Source: Desulfocapsa sulfexigens DSM 10523
GTDB lineage: Bacteria; Desulfobacterota; Desulfobulbia; Desulfobulbales; Desulfocapsaceae
Direction of reading: 5' to 3'
NCBI RefSeq assembly: GCF_000341395.1
Contig: NC_020304.1
Span: 1,440,001-1,472,000 of the forward strand
Length of the DNA stretch: 32,000 nucleotides
Part shown: piece by piece, positions 9,155 through 18,224 of the stretch
Layout of the letters: the number at the start of each line of letters is the position of its first letter
Position numbering within the stretch: position 1 is the first letter of the stretch
Made by a program: the position numbers and the translations under genes
The notes under the pieces: generated by a model
Told to the model about the DNA's origin: nothing
What the model saw: only the letters and a program-made list of their open reading frames with translations
Databases searched by the model: none

Positions 9155-9826
9155 TTACAGGGGATGCATATTCTCGTTATCCGTCCATAAAACTGCACGA
9201 CGGGTTAATTCTGTGCCATTTTTGAGATCAAGTTTTTGTTTGATTCTATCACGATAGGTGCCTATGGTTTTAATACCGAGCACCATTTGTTCAGCAATTT
9301 CACGTGTTGAAAGACCGGCTCCGATAAGTCGGAATACCTCAATTTCTCTGTCGGTAAGCTGATATTCTGGTGCCAAGTTTTCTTTGTCCGATCCCATCTG
9401 TAGTTTGTTCAGGAGGAGAGAAACCATATTGTTACTGACGTGGATTTTTCCCTCACGGATATTGCGAAGTGCGGCAATGACAGATTCCGATGCTTCTTTT
9501 TTCATGACATATCCACGTGCACCGGCCCGGATGGCACGCTCTGCCCATACAGACTCGTCATGCATGGAGAGCACCAGCATTGGAAAATTTTTGTTCCTGG
9601 AATTGAATTCCTTAACCAGATCAAGACCATTATCTTCGGCAAGTGCAACATCAATAATAGCCATGTCGGGTGCTTCTGCAGCAAAAGCCTTCCGTGCCTC
9701 AAGGATGTCTTCAGCCACTGCACACACCCGAAAGTCTTCCTCCTGGTTTACCAGTTCCTTCATGCCCATGCGGAAAATAGGATGATCATCCACAATAAGG
9801 ATTTTTGTAAGAATTTTTGATGTCAT
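9155..9826 (-). CDS. NarL/FixJ-family response regulator (REC + LuxR HTH)
   Basis: ILIVDDHPIFRMGM...MAIIDVAL...YVMKKEAS; C-terminal YQLTDREIEVFRLIGAGLSTREIAEQMVLGIKTIGTYRDRIKQKL. ATGA overlap with the kinase gene. Confidence 0.93.
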   Translation of the reverse strand: MTSKILTKILIVDDHPIFRMGMKELVNQEEDFRVCAVAEDILEARKAFAAEAPDMAIIDVALAEDNGLDLVKEFNSRNKNFPMLVLSMHDESVWAERAIRAGARGYVMKKEASESVIAALRNIREGKIHVSNNMVSLLLNKLQMGSDKENLAPEYQLTDREIEVFRLIGAGLSTREIAEQMVLGIKTIGTYRDRIKQKLDLKNGTELTRRAVLWTDNENMHPL

Positions 9827-12246
9827 CTGGAAACTGCTCCCGAAAGTCTTATAATCGTACCCCGGTCTTCCCTGGCCTGTATCTCGAGGGTGGCTCCGAT
9901 TGCCTTTGCCCGATACTGCATGGTATGCAAGCCCAGTCCGTTTTTCTTCCGCTGCTCCGGTATCCCCGAGCCATCATCGATAATGGTGACGGTCAAGGAG
10001 CTATTGCTGTGCAGGACGGAAATTTCTATCATATTGGGTTGAGCATGCTTTGCAGCATTAAAAATAGCCTCTCGTACAATGTAGTATATATGTGGAGTGA
10101 TGCTATTTGCAAGGGGTTCAACCCGATTATCAAAAGTGAGGGTGCAGGGGAGCGAATAACGCTCTTTAATTTCAGTAATTAATTCTTCGATGGCAGCTTC
10201 CAGTCCGTGTTCTATGATATGCACTGGATACAGGCCGCGGGAGAGTCGCCGCGTTTTTTCTATGGCGTCTCTGATAAGGTTGCGAATGGTGGAAAGCTGT
10301 TTGGCGTGTTCAGGAGACTGTTTTTCAAGGTTTTGCTGCAGAACTTTACTTAGCAACTCAATTCCGCTGAGATGGGACCCAAGGTCGTCATGGAGATCCC
10401 TGCCAATTTTACTCCGTTCTTCTTCGCCTATGGCAATGATCTGTCTCTCCAGCTTTGCCATTTCCTTTTCAGAACAGGTTTTCTGGATATGAAGCCACAT
10501 TCCTTCAAGGAGCATAGTTATTTGCCGCATATCGGAATGGTCATACTCTCTGCTGCTGTCACATACTCCGACCACCAGGACTGGTGTGTTCTTGTCATGT
10601 ATCGGAAGGTCTATACGACGCTCCACCTTTTGTTTGTAGGGGTGGGGAGAATACCTGGATAGGTCGTCAGGAGAGTTGGAAATAAATGTTTTCTTCTGCA
10701 GTACACAACTACCAGTAAGACCACTTTCAGTGAGAAGGGACGGGGGATTGCTCTCTTCCGGGCTGAGTCCGATGCTGCCGGTGGCAATGTTGATCTGAGA
10801 ACATAGGGTACAGTGCGTCTGAGCTTGATTGACAAGGGCCATATAGCCTCTGCTGCTGTCTGTAATCTGAATAATTCGGTGGAGAACGAAATCGTACTTG
10901 TCTCTGATGCTGTACTCTTCCATCTCACCGAGCTGAAGCAGAGTGTCGAGGCGCAGTTCGTCACGTCGTAACAGATGTTCCTTTTCGATGATTTCATCCA
11001 CCATGGTGTTGGCAAGTTCAGCCAGGTTTTCAAATTCAGTAAAGGTTGAGTCGGTATTCCTGATCTTTACATGGGTGCGGGCGGCTTTTCTAAAGAAATT
11101 GGTGAACAGGTTAATACCACGTTTTGTTTTGACCGAGTGGTAATAGGCCATGCCTGTCAAAAAGAGAACAGCTACAAGAAGAAGCCCAAGGAAGATGAAA
11201 CCATTTTTGATGGATGTTGTGGTGACAGTTTGCGTTTCATTGGCGATGGTATTTTCCATGGCAGCCATGGAAATATCAACAACAAGTATCCAGTCCCAGT
11301 CGGGATAGCGTTTGATAAAGGAGAGTCGCTGCTGTTCTCTGCCTGAAATAGCATCGAAGGATGTGTAAAGGAAAGTGCCACCGGATTCATTATGAAGTCC
11401 GGTTTCCAGCATCATCTTTCCATAACTCTCCCTCTTTTTATTTGTCAGATCGGTGATTGATCTGCCAATGAGGGCACCGTTTGGATGGCTGAGAATAGTT
11501 CCGTTAGAGTTAAAACAGAGAATATGGCCATTTTCGCTGAACCTCATCCCCTGTACAGTGGTAAGTATTTCTTCCTGGATTGTTGTTTTTGTGATCTCCC
11601 GGGAAGTACCTGCTCCGATATACCAGTCAAATGGTTTGAAGTATTTAATAAAACTCATACCAGGAAAAGCTGGTTCTGCATTGGCACCTTTGCGGTACAT
11701 CCCAGCTCCCTTTTCCTGTATAATTCTCATAATATCCTGGAAAATCACCTTGTATCTCTGGCCTCTCACCTCCATGGGGTTCTGTCCCTCAAGAAGTGGG
11801 TCATCTGCGAAAAGATCAATGGTATTTTCGGCGATCGTCCCTGCAAAATAATAAGCCCTGCCATTGTGCCAACGGATGGGGCGGAGGGTCTCTGCCGCCA
11901 TGGAACGCAATTGGTCGCTGTCCAGGGTTTCTTTATGCATCTGGTAGATATGTGAGGCAATGGTGTATGCAGATTGAACTTTTATGCGTAATTCATCTTC
12001 AACGCGAAATACCGCCTGGGTGCGTTGTTGACTTATAAATTCCAGGACATTTCCAAGTTCTTCCTCTACCCTCTCCAGATAAAGTTTTTTGTAGTTTTGC
12101 TCTATGTTGGCAATACTCTGGAGGTGGTTCTGGTACTCATTGATACTCCAGAATATCGCTATGAGGAGAGCGAGTGCGAGGAGGACAAGAAATGCTGCCC
12201 GAAAGGGTGCTGATGCCAGGGATGGTCGTCTGCGTGATGACTTCAT
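9823..12246 (-). CDS. Membrane histidine kinase, Cache-like sensor region(s), GAF-like region, HisKA_3 + HATPase (NarX/DegS type)
   Basis: 807 aa; HNGRAYYFAG...FDWYIGAGTSREI and ENGHILCFNSNGTILSHP...YPDWDWILVVDIS Cache signatures; EERSKIGRDLHDDLGSHLSGIELL and NGLGLHTMQYRAKAIGATLEI. Confidence 0.9.
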   Translation of the reverse strand: MKSSRRRPSLASAPFRAAFLVLLALALLIAIFWSINEYQNHLQSIANIEQNYKKLYLERVEEELGNVLEFISQQRTQAVFRVEDELRIKVQSAYTIASHIYQMHKETLDSDQLRSMAAETLRPIRWHNGRAYYFAGTIAENTIDLFADDPLLEGQNPMEVRGQRYKVIFQDIMRIIQEKGAGMYRKGANAEPAFPGMSFIKYFKPFDWYIGAGTSREITKTTIQEEILTTVQGMRFSENGHILCFNSNGTILSHPNGALIGRSITDLTNKKRESYGKMMLETGLHNESGGTFLYTSFDAISGREQQRLSFIKRYPDWDWILVVDISMAAMENTIANETQTVTTTSIKNGFIFLGLLLVAVLFLTGMAYYHSVKTKRGINLFTNFFRKAARTHVKIRNTDSTFTEFENLAELANTMVDEIIEKEHLLRRDELRLDTLLQLGEMEEYSIRDKYDFVLHRIIQITDSSRGYMALVNQAQTHCTLCSQINIATGSIGLSPEESNPPSLLTESGLTGSCVLQKKTFISNSPDDLSRYSPHPYKQKVERRIDLPIHDKNTPVLVVGVCDSSREYDHSDMRQITMLLEGMWLHIQKTCSEKEMAKLERQIIAIGEEERSKIGRDLHDDLGSHLSGIELLSKVLQQNLEKQSPEHAKQLSTIRNLIRDAIEKTRRLSRGLYPVHIIEHGLEAAIEELITEIKERYSLPCTLTFDNRVEPLANSITPHIYYIVREAIFNAAKHAQPNMIEISVLHSNSSLTVTIIDDGSGIPEQRKKNGLGLHTMQYRAKAIGATLEIQAREDRGTIIRLSGAVSR

Positions 12247-12276
12247 TGTCTTACCTGCAGGGTTGCTGCTTGCCGC

Positions 12277-13440
12277 CTATTCATCTGTGTTGAGTTTTTG
12301 AATGGTCGGGTAAATCCTGCTGAGCTCAATCGTGCCCATACCCTGGTGGTATTCTTCACCAAAATGAAGGAGAACTCCCCCCAGATTAAAGATGCCAGTT
12401 TTTTGTATGGTCTGGATGAATTTTTCCCGTGTGAGTTCACCAGGAACTGCTTCTGCGATGGAGGCAAAAAGTTTTCCCGCAATGTAGCCTTCCAGGCTGA
12501 TAAAACCTAATGGATGGTTGCGCTGGTATTTGTGCATGGCCTGTTGATATTTGCGAACAAGTGGAACCCGATCGTCCCAGGGAAAGGGAACAACCTGCGA
12601 GACAATGACATCTTCACCGTACTGTCCCAGAGCTTCTTTCAGGCTTTCAGTACCAACAAAGGATATGTTGCCGTAAATTCTTTGGCCCGGTTGTTTGGCT
12701 TTGCTGAGCTTTATAAATTCGGCACAGGCGGCATAGGTTCCAATGAGAACAACTGCTTCCGGTGATTCCTTGTATATCTCCCTGAGGCCTCCCATGACTG
12801 CTACGGTATTTCTTTCGTAACTGGCCACGGATACAAGTTGCAGTTTTCGTTTCTGCAGGGCGAGTTTTATACCTTCAAGCCCAGCAAATCCATAACTGTC
12901 ATTTTGGTAGAAACAGGAAATACGCTTAAGTCTCAGGGAGTCAATAAGGTAGGCTGCCAGAGATTCCATCTCCTGATAGTAACTGCCCCGAATATTGATA
13001 ATATAGGGGTTTGGTGGGGTTCTGAGCAGCTCTGCCCCGGTAAGTGGTGCAAAAAAAGGAACCTTATACTGTTCAATGATGGGAATAACTGCCTTGGAAG
13101 TGGGGGTGCCGACTTCACCAATGAGAAGAAAAACCTGATCGTCTTGAATAAGCTCCAGGGTGTTTTTGATCGCCCGGTCCGGTTCGTAGCCATCATCTTT
13201 ACTACGCAGGTGAATCGTCTGTCCTTTTATGCCTCCATTATCATTAATTTCAGCAAAGGCTGCCTGTATTCCGGCTCTCATTTTCAGGCCAAGATTTTTT
13301 GCAGGTCCACTTAAGGCACAGGACTGGCCAAGAATCAGTGTTTTTCGTGATTCTTCGGTGGTGGCTCCTGCGTTGCCGCAAAGAATCACGAATAGTGAAA
13401 GAAGAATGCTTGTCTGCAAGAAGGAAGAGAAAGGAGTCAT
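12277..13440 (-). CDS. Periplasmic binding protein, branched-chain amino acid ABC (Leu/Ile/Val-binding) type, probably a sensory accessory
   Basis: 387 aa, signal peptide, LILGQSCALSGPAKNLGLKMRAGIQAAFAEINDNGGIKGQTIHLRSKDDGYEPDRA...; no permease or ATPase gene adjacent; followed by the sensor kinase gene on the same strand. Confidence 0.88.
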   Translation of the reverse strand: MTPFSSFLQTSILLSLFVILCGNAGATTEESRKTLILGQSCALSGPAKNLGLKMRAGIQAAFAEINDNGGIKGQTIHLRSKDDGYEPDRAIKNTLELIQDDQVFLLIGEVGTPTSKAVIPIIEQYKVPFFAPLTGAELLRTPPNPYIINIRGSYYQEMESLAAYLIDSLRLKRISCFYQNDSYGFAGLEGIKLALQKRKLQLVSVASYERNTVAVMGGLREIYKESPEAVVLIGTYAACAEFIKLSKAKQPGQRIYGNISFVGTESLKEALGQYGEDVIVSQVVPFPWDDRVPLVRKYQQAMHKYQRNHPLGFISLEGYIAGKLFASIAEAVPGELTREKFIQTIQKTGIFNLGGVLLHFGEEYHQGMGTIELSRIYPTIQKLNTDE

Positions 13441-13493
13441 TAAGGTATTAGTGAAATTTCTGGGTGTTTATTACTTTCCGCAGTATACAAAAA

Positions 13494-13543
13494 GGATATT
13501 GTCTCAAAGTTTTGTAAACTTAGAGACTGAGCGCAGAATATCC
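13494..13543. repeat. Nested inverted repeats in the promoter/leader region of the binding-protein gene
   Basis: Inner GTCTC-A-AAGTTT-TGT-AAACTT-A-GAGAC (13501..13527); outer GGATATT (13494..13500) / AATATCC (13537..13543). Confidence 0.7.
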
Positions 13544-13821
13544 CACAAAAAAACAGAGCGTAAGAAACATTCGCTACTATATGATTTCCTGATAGCCGCA
13601 TATTGAAATGGAGGGTAAACCCTAAAAAGGACACTCCACAATGAACCAGAGTATATCACAATGCGGTGCTTACTTCAAAGAATGCTTAAAACCACGAATA
13701 AGCGGTTGACCATCAAGTTTGTAGTATGATAACATTTTCAATGTCAGTGTGAATTGAATTACTTGAAATTGTTTGTTTTTTTTAAAACATCCTGCCTTAA
13801 TAGGCATATTTGCTGAACTCC

Positions 13822-15945
13822 ATGAAAACATTGAATAGTTTGCAGGCTGAAAATGAACGATTACACACACAATTGCATAGAATTCAGCAAAAACTTGATA
13901 ACAGTAAATATGTTTTTGATCAAATAATTGATTTCTCATCTCAACTTGGTGTGGCAACTGAATTAAAAGATGTCTATAGAAGTTCCCTCCATCTGTTTAA
14001 AAATTTGTTAGATCTTGATTTTACGACTTTGTTTCTAGTCAACCCCGATCAGCAGAGCTGTACAATTTGTGACACAATTGGCTTTTCAAAATCACTGATA
14101 GGGTCTTTTACGGTGCAGAAGGGATTGGGTCTTCCTGGCAGGGTTCTTCAGAGTCAGCAGTTGGAAACGGTGGAGGATTTTCAGACAGAAGTGCGATTTT
14201 CTGTTCCCGATGTTATCCGGGAAAACAACATCACTTCTGCCATTGCTGCCCCAATGATACATAATGCAAAGGTTTTTGGTGTTCTCATAGGGCACACCAA
14301 AAAGAAGAGACTTTTTGCAGAGGAGCAAAAATCTCTTGCCAGGATTTTTGCCAATCAGTCCGCCACAACCATCAAAAATGCAACCCATATCCAGTCATTA
14401 TTTCTTTCTGAGAAACAGTTGCAGCAGAAAACCGATGAGTTTGAGACCATATTTGAGAATTCAATGGCAGGGATTATGTTGTTACGAGGAGGGAGAATAC
14501 TGGCTCGTTGCAATCAAAGGCTTGCCGATTTTATGGGATACGATACCCCTGTGGAGATGGTAGGGTTGGGGATGCGTAAGTTCCACCTTTCCGAACAACG
14601 CTTCAAGGAGTTTGGACAACGATACTATGAACGGCTTGTCTCAGGAGAACAGATTCAGGTTGAATATCAGTTACGAAAAAAAGACGGCCAGCCTTTGTGG
14701 TGCCTGATGTCTGGAAAAGCTATTGATCACAGTTCGCCGCCTGATCTTTTGAAGGGGGTTGTCTGGGTTGTAGATGATATCAGTGAGCGGAAACATATGG
14801 AAGAGCAGCTGCTGAATGGACAGAAAATGGAGTCCATTGCGGTGCTTGCAGGGGGACTGGCCCATGATTTTAATAATATTATTACCGCAATCCTCGGCAA
14901 TCTCAGCCTCAGTATGGCAACGATGGATGTGGAAGATCCTGGATATTCCTATCTGGCTCCTGCCAGAGATGCTTCATTGCGGGCAAAGGATCTGACCAGG
15001 AAACTTTTGACATTCTCCAGGGGTGGGGCACCGATCCGAACCTTAGCATCACTGGTTGAGATAATAGAAGATTCTGTTGATTTTGCGTTAAGCGGCAGTG
15101 CGGTTAAGGTTCAGTATGAGTTTGAAGATGGGCTCTGGGCAGCAAGAATTGATCCTGTCCAGATTAGTCAGGTCATGCAGAATCTGATTATGAACAGTAA
15201 ACAGGCGATGCCTGAAGGTGGAAATATTACTATTCACTGTTCAAATTTTTCGCAAGAGATCAATACCCGGGAGTTGAAGAAGGGGAATTACTTAAAGATA
15301 ACCATTAGTGACACCGGACATGGCATTCCGTCTGATGTGATCGATAAAATATTTGATCCTTATTTTACCACTCAGAATTTTGATAGTGTTAAGGGGAGCG
15401 GTCTTGGACTTGCCCTGGTTCATTCAATTATTAAGCGTCACGATGGCGTAATATCCGTTGTGTCCAGTGTTGGCAATGGCACTACATTTACCCTCTATCT
15501 CACTGCAGCCGGGGAATCAGAATCAATTAAAGATGAACCAGAGGAGTTGGTTCTCAAGGATGGGAAGGGCAGGATACTTATTATGGATGATGACGAGACG
15601 GTACGGGACGTGGTCAGACAGATGCTTGTTTTTCGGGGGTATGATGTGGAGGAAACCGTTGACGGGGAGGGGAGCATTGCCTTGTATCAGGCCAATATGA
15701 ATGCTGGAACACCTTTTGACATGGTTATTATGGATCTTACTATTCCGGGTGGCATGGGGGGGAGAGAAGCGGCCCGCGAAGTCTTAAAAATAGATGGCGA
15801 TGCGAAGATTGTTGTTTCCAGTGGATATTTAGATGATCCTGTTATGGCCAACTTTGAAGAGTATGGCTTTATAGCATCAGTTAAAAAACCATTCGAGTTT
15901 GCAGAGCTGGGGGAAATGATCCGTTCCGTAATGATGGATTCGTAG
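13822..15945 (+). CDS. Hybrid histidine kinase: GAF, PAS, HisKA/HATPase, C-terminal REC
   Basis: LAGGLAHDFNNIITAILGNLSL, GSGLGLALVHSIIKRHDG, RILIMDDDETVRDVVRQML; GAF-like VYRSSLHLFKNLLDLDFTTLFLV and PAS SMAGIMLLRGG. Start trimmed from TTG 13810 to ATG 13822. Confidence 0.9.
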   Translation: MKTLNSLQAENERLHTQLHRIQQKLDNSKYVFDQIIDFSSQLGVATELKDVYRSSLHLFKNLLDLDFTTLFLVNPDQQSCTICDTIGFSKSLIGSFTVQKGLGLPGRVLQSQQLETVEDFQTEVRFSVPDVIRENNITSAIAAPMIHNAKVFGVLIGHTKKKRLFAEEQKSLARIFANQSATTIKNATHIQSLFLSEKQLQQKTDEFETIFENSMAGIMLLRGGRILARCNQRLADFMGYDTPVEMVGLGMRKFHLSEQRFKEFGQRYYERLVSGEQIQVEYQLRKKDGQPLWCLMSGKAIDHSSPPDLLKGVVWVVDDISERKHMEEQLLNGQKMESIAVLAGGLAHDFNNIITAILGNLSLSMATMDVEDPGYSYLAPARDASLRAKDLTRKLLTFSRGGAPIRTLASLVEIIEDSVDFALSGSAVKVQYEFEDGLWAARIDPVQISQVMQNLIMNSKQAMPEGGNITIHCSNFSQEINTRELKKGNYLKITISDTGHGIPSDVIDKIFDPYFTTQNFDSVKGSGLGLALVHSIIKRHDGVISVVSSVGNGTTFTLYLTAAGESESIKDEPEELVLKDGKGRILIMDDDETVRDVVRQMLVFRGYDVEETVDGEGSIALYQANMNAGTPFDMVIMDLTIPGGMGGREAAREVLKIDGDAKIVVSSGYLDDPVMANFEEYGFIASVKKPFEFAELGEMIRSVMMDS

Positions 15946-15970
15946 AAAAAGTCAGTCTACGAATCCATCA
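15932..15970 (+). repeat. Perfect 14-bp inverted repeat spanning the hybrid kinase stop codon
   Basis: TGATGGATTCGTAG (15932..15945, includes TAG stop) / CTACGAATCCATCA (15957..15970), A-rich 11-nt loop. Confidence 0.95.
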
Positions 15971-16039
15971 GGTAAAAAGGATTAGCAAAATTCTTCCTGA
16001 TTACCATCGAAACTCAGCTTTGCAACCCGGAGTTGTTTC

Positions 16040-16124
16040 GTGTCGATTATTTGGGACGCCATAAACCCATCCCTGGGGGCTCTGCTGCGGCCATCCAGGC
16101 CGCAGATGCCCATATAATCAACAC
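16040..16124. other. Candidate structured RNA or palindromic repeat: long outer stem enclosing two hairpins with ATCC-containing loops
   Basis: Outer arms GTGTcGATTATttGGG (16040..16055) / CCCatATAATCaACAC (16109..16124); inner hairpins CCCA-TCCC-TGGG (16066..16077) and CTGCGGCC-ATCCA-GGCCGCAG (16085..16105). Confidence 0.6.
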
Positions 16125-16163
16125 AAAAAAACTCCTCCTCAGACGGGTAGGCTGAGGAGGAGT
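16125..16163 (-). terminator. Rho-independent terminator downstream of cooS
   Basis: Minus strand ACTCCTCCTCAG-CCTACCCGT-CTGAGGAGGAGT followed by TTTTTT: 12-bp perfect stem, 27 nt after the cooS stop. Confidence 0.92.
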
Positions 16164-16189
16164 GGTAATCAGGACATTCTTTGAAGGTC

Positions 16190-18067
16190 TTACTCTTCAA
16201 GTCCTAATCCCTTGCGTTTTGCTTTGATCCGCTCATTAATAAGTTCAGCAGCTTTGAAGGGGTCAGGTTCTATGCCAAAGCAAGCTCCTACCAGGTCGTC
16301 AAGTCCACTGAGTGCCAGATTAGTGACAATGGGAGAACCCGTAATATTTGGCGGATGGCCAAGGTGGGTATAGATACCGGAAGCGACGGCGTAGGTGCCA
16401 ATAGTCGCTGCTTTTTCAGAGTACCATTCTGGTGACGAGGCAGCCAGTGGCAGATCGGAAATGGCGACTCCTATTTCATTGGCAAGCAATGCGGCCAATT
16501 GTAGAATTCTCGCATTATCGACACAACTTCCCATATGAATAACCGGAGGAATTCCAAGGCTGCCACAAATCTCTCTGAGTCCTGGGCCGGCCTGCTCAAT
16601 GCTTTCTGGAACAAGAAGTCCGGCTTTGCCAGCAGCTGTTGTCACACAACCGGTGACAATAACCAGAATATCTTTTTTGATGAGTTCCCGGGTCAGGTTC
16701 ACGTTGCAGTAATCATGTTTATACTTTGGATTGTTACACCCTACAATTCCCACAACACCTCGTATCTTACCAGCCTTGATAGCATCGATAAGCGGGGTCA
16801 GTGAACCTCCAAGTGCATCAAGGAGAGCTTCGTTTGAAAATCCGGTCATGATATCCACAGGTTCTCCGGGAATTTCAACCCGATCCTGATTGCGCATGCC
16901 ATAGCGTTCAATCGCCATTCGGACAACCTTCCGTGCCTGTTCCATGCCATTGTGCATTTCAAATTTCACATGTTCAGCCCCGGTGAATTTTGCCTTGTCA
17001 GCGGTGGTGATCATTTTGGTATGGTAGCAGTTTCCTACCTGGACAAGACTGGGCATAATACACTGATAGTCCACCACAATGATCTCAACTGCTCCGGTGA
17101 TTATTGCCAGTTCGGTCATTAGATGATTTCCAGCCATGGGAATTCCCTGGCGCATCATCAGTTCGTTGCCGGTACAGCAGAGGCCGGCAAGATTTATTCC
17201 CTTGGCTCCCTTGGTCTTCGCGAGGTCAATGAGTTCCTGTTCGTTGACAGCTTCAAGGATTTTTTCAGAAACAATTGGATTGTGACCATGAACCAGAATA
17301 TTAACCTGATCCTTTTTGAGAACGCCCAAATTCACCTGAGCCTTGCGTGGTGAGGGTGTTCCAAACAGAATGTCAGAGACTTCCGTGGCAATCATCGATC
17401 CTGCCCAGCCATCTCCAAGACACATTCGTGCCGCCTGAAGCATGGTATTACTCGCATCATTGTCGCAGCCCATATGGGTTCGATGCATCATCTCGGTAAT
17501 TTCACGATCTACGCCACGTGGCATGATCCCAAGATTTTTCCAGTTTTCCTGTTGTTTCTCAGGTACCCGGTTGATAAAGCATACTTCTTCATGTTTACTG
17601 CCAAAACTGTCGAAGAACTTATCTGCCAGATCTTTGGCCACATCAAGCAGCTCCCGGTTCTCGGTTGCAATGCCTAGTTCTTCAGCAATACGGAGCATTT
17701 TTTTGCTGTCTTGAATGTGATAATCTTTCGTTTTGCCATGGGCAACGGCATGAAAGGCTTCGATGCAGTCACGGCCATGATCGGAATGTCCTGCTGCACC
17801 GCCAGCGAGGAAACGTCCAAAATTTCTGGCGACAATGACATCGGCATCGGCACCGCATACACCGAGGGGTGCTTTTTTGCTGATCCGGCACGGTCCCATG
17901 GTGCAGATACGACAACAGACACCTGACTCTCCGAATTTACAATGAGGAGTCTGTTGTTCCAGTCTGTCCCAGGCGGTCTCTATACCATCACGTTCAGCTT
18001 TACGGAGCATTTGATGAGCATCTTCCCAGATACTCATCTCTTCAACAGTTTTCGTTGTCTTGGCCAT
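16190..18067 (-). CDS. cooS: Anaerobic Ni-Fe carbon-monoxide dehydrogenase catalytic subunit
   Basis: 625 aa; CKFGESGVCCRICTMGPCRI, GVCGADADVIVARNFGRFLAGGAAGHSDHGRD, RTHMGCDNDASNTMLQAARMCLGDGW, GCNNPKYKHDYCNVNL, MGSCVDNARILQLAALLANE. GAGGAGAGG ribosome-binding site. Confidence 0.96.
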   Translation of the reverse strand: MAKTTKTVEEMSIWEDAHQMLRKAERDGIETAWDRLEQQTPHCKFGESGVCCRICTMGPCRISKKAPLGVCGADADVIVARNFGRFLAGGAAGHSDHGRDCIEAFHAVAHGKTKDYHIQDSKKMLRIAEELGIATENRELLDVAKDLADKFFDSFGSKHEEVCFINRVPEKQQENWKNLGIMPRGVDREITEMMHRTHMGCDNDASNTMLQAARMCLGDGWAGSMIATEVSDILFGTPSPRKAQVNLGVLKKDQVNILVHGHNPIVSEKILEAVNEQELIDLAKTKGAKGINLAGLCCTGNELMMRQGIPMAGNHLMTELAIITGAVEIIVVDYQCIMPSLVQVGNCYHTKMITTADKAKFTGAEHVKFEMHNGMEQARKVVRMAIERYGMRNQDRVEIPGEPVDIMTGFSNEALLDALGGSLTPLIDAIKAGKIRGVVGIVGCNNPKYKHDYCNVNLTRELIKKDILVIVTGCVTTAAGKAGLLVPESIEQAGPGLREICGSLGIPPVIHMGSCVDNARILQLAALLANEIGVAISDLPLAASSPEWYSEKAATIGTYAVASGIYTHLGHPPNITGSPIVTNLALSGLDDLVGACFGIEPDPFKAAELINERIKAKRKGLGLEE

Positions 18068-18104
18068 GTGTCCTCTCCTCTATGAGTAAAATGTCATCCA
18101 GTTG

Positions 18105-18122
18105 CAGGACAAATTTGTCCTG
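18105..18122. promoter_or_regulatory. Perfect 18-bp palindrome CAGGACAAATTTGTCCTG in the cooS leader
   Basis: Self-complementary, centred about +13 relative to the inferred cooS start site. Confidence 0.55.
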
Positions 18123-18132
18123 TCGTTTGCTC

Positions 18133-18174
18133 AGTATAACCGATGAAGTGAGGATTACTGTCAGCTGTCTGACA
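18133..18174 (-). promoter_or_regulatory. Candidate cooS promoter with CRP/CooA-type operator
   Basis: TGTCAGCTGTCTGACA (18159..18174, TGTCA-N6-TGACA) centred about -40.5 from the start site inferred from a TATACT -10 (18133..18138). Confidence 0.6.
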
Positions 18175-18224
18175 AAATAGTATTTTTTTTGGAGGGGATG
18201 GGTGAGAGGTTGTATAGAGAAAAA

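Noticed and set aside
9384-9785. Plus-strand ORFs opposite the response regulator (also 9440..9820, 10190..10492, 12838..13314, 16535..16804 and similar).
   Set aside because: Antisense shadows of well-supported coding regions, with no recognisable domains.
15982-16200. 72-aa minus-strand ORF overlapping the end of cooS (MKSKTFKECPDYHSSSAYPSEEEFFCVDYMG...), at first a candidate small coupled protein.
   Set aside because: The SSAYPSEEEFF stretch is simply the translated cooS terminator hairpin and T-tract, and the rest is the structured element at 16040..16124, so a real coding role is unlikely.
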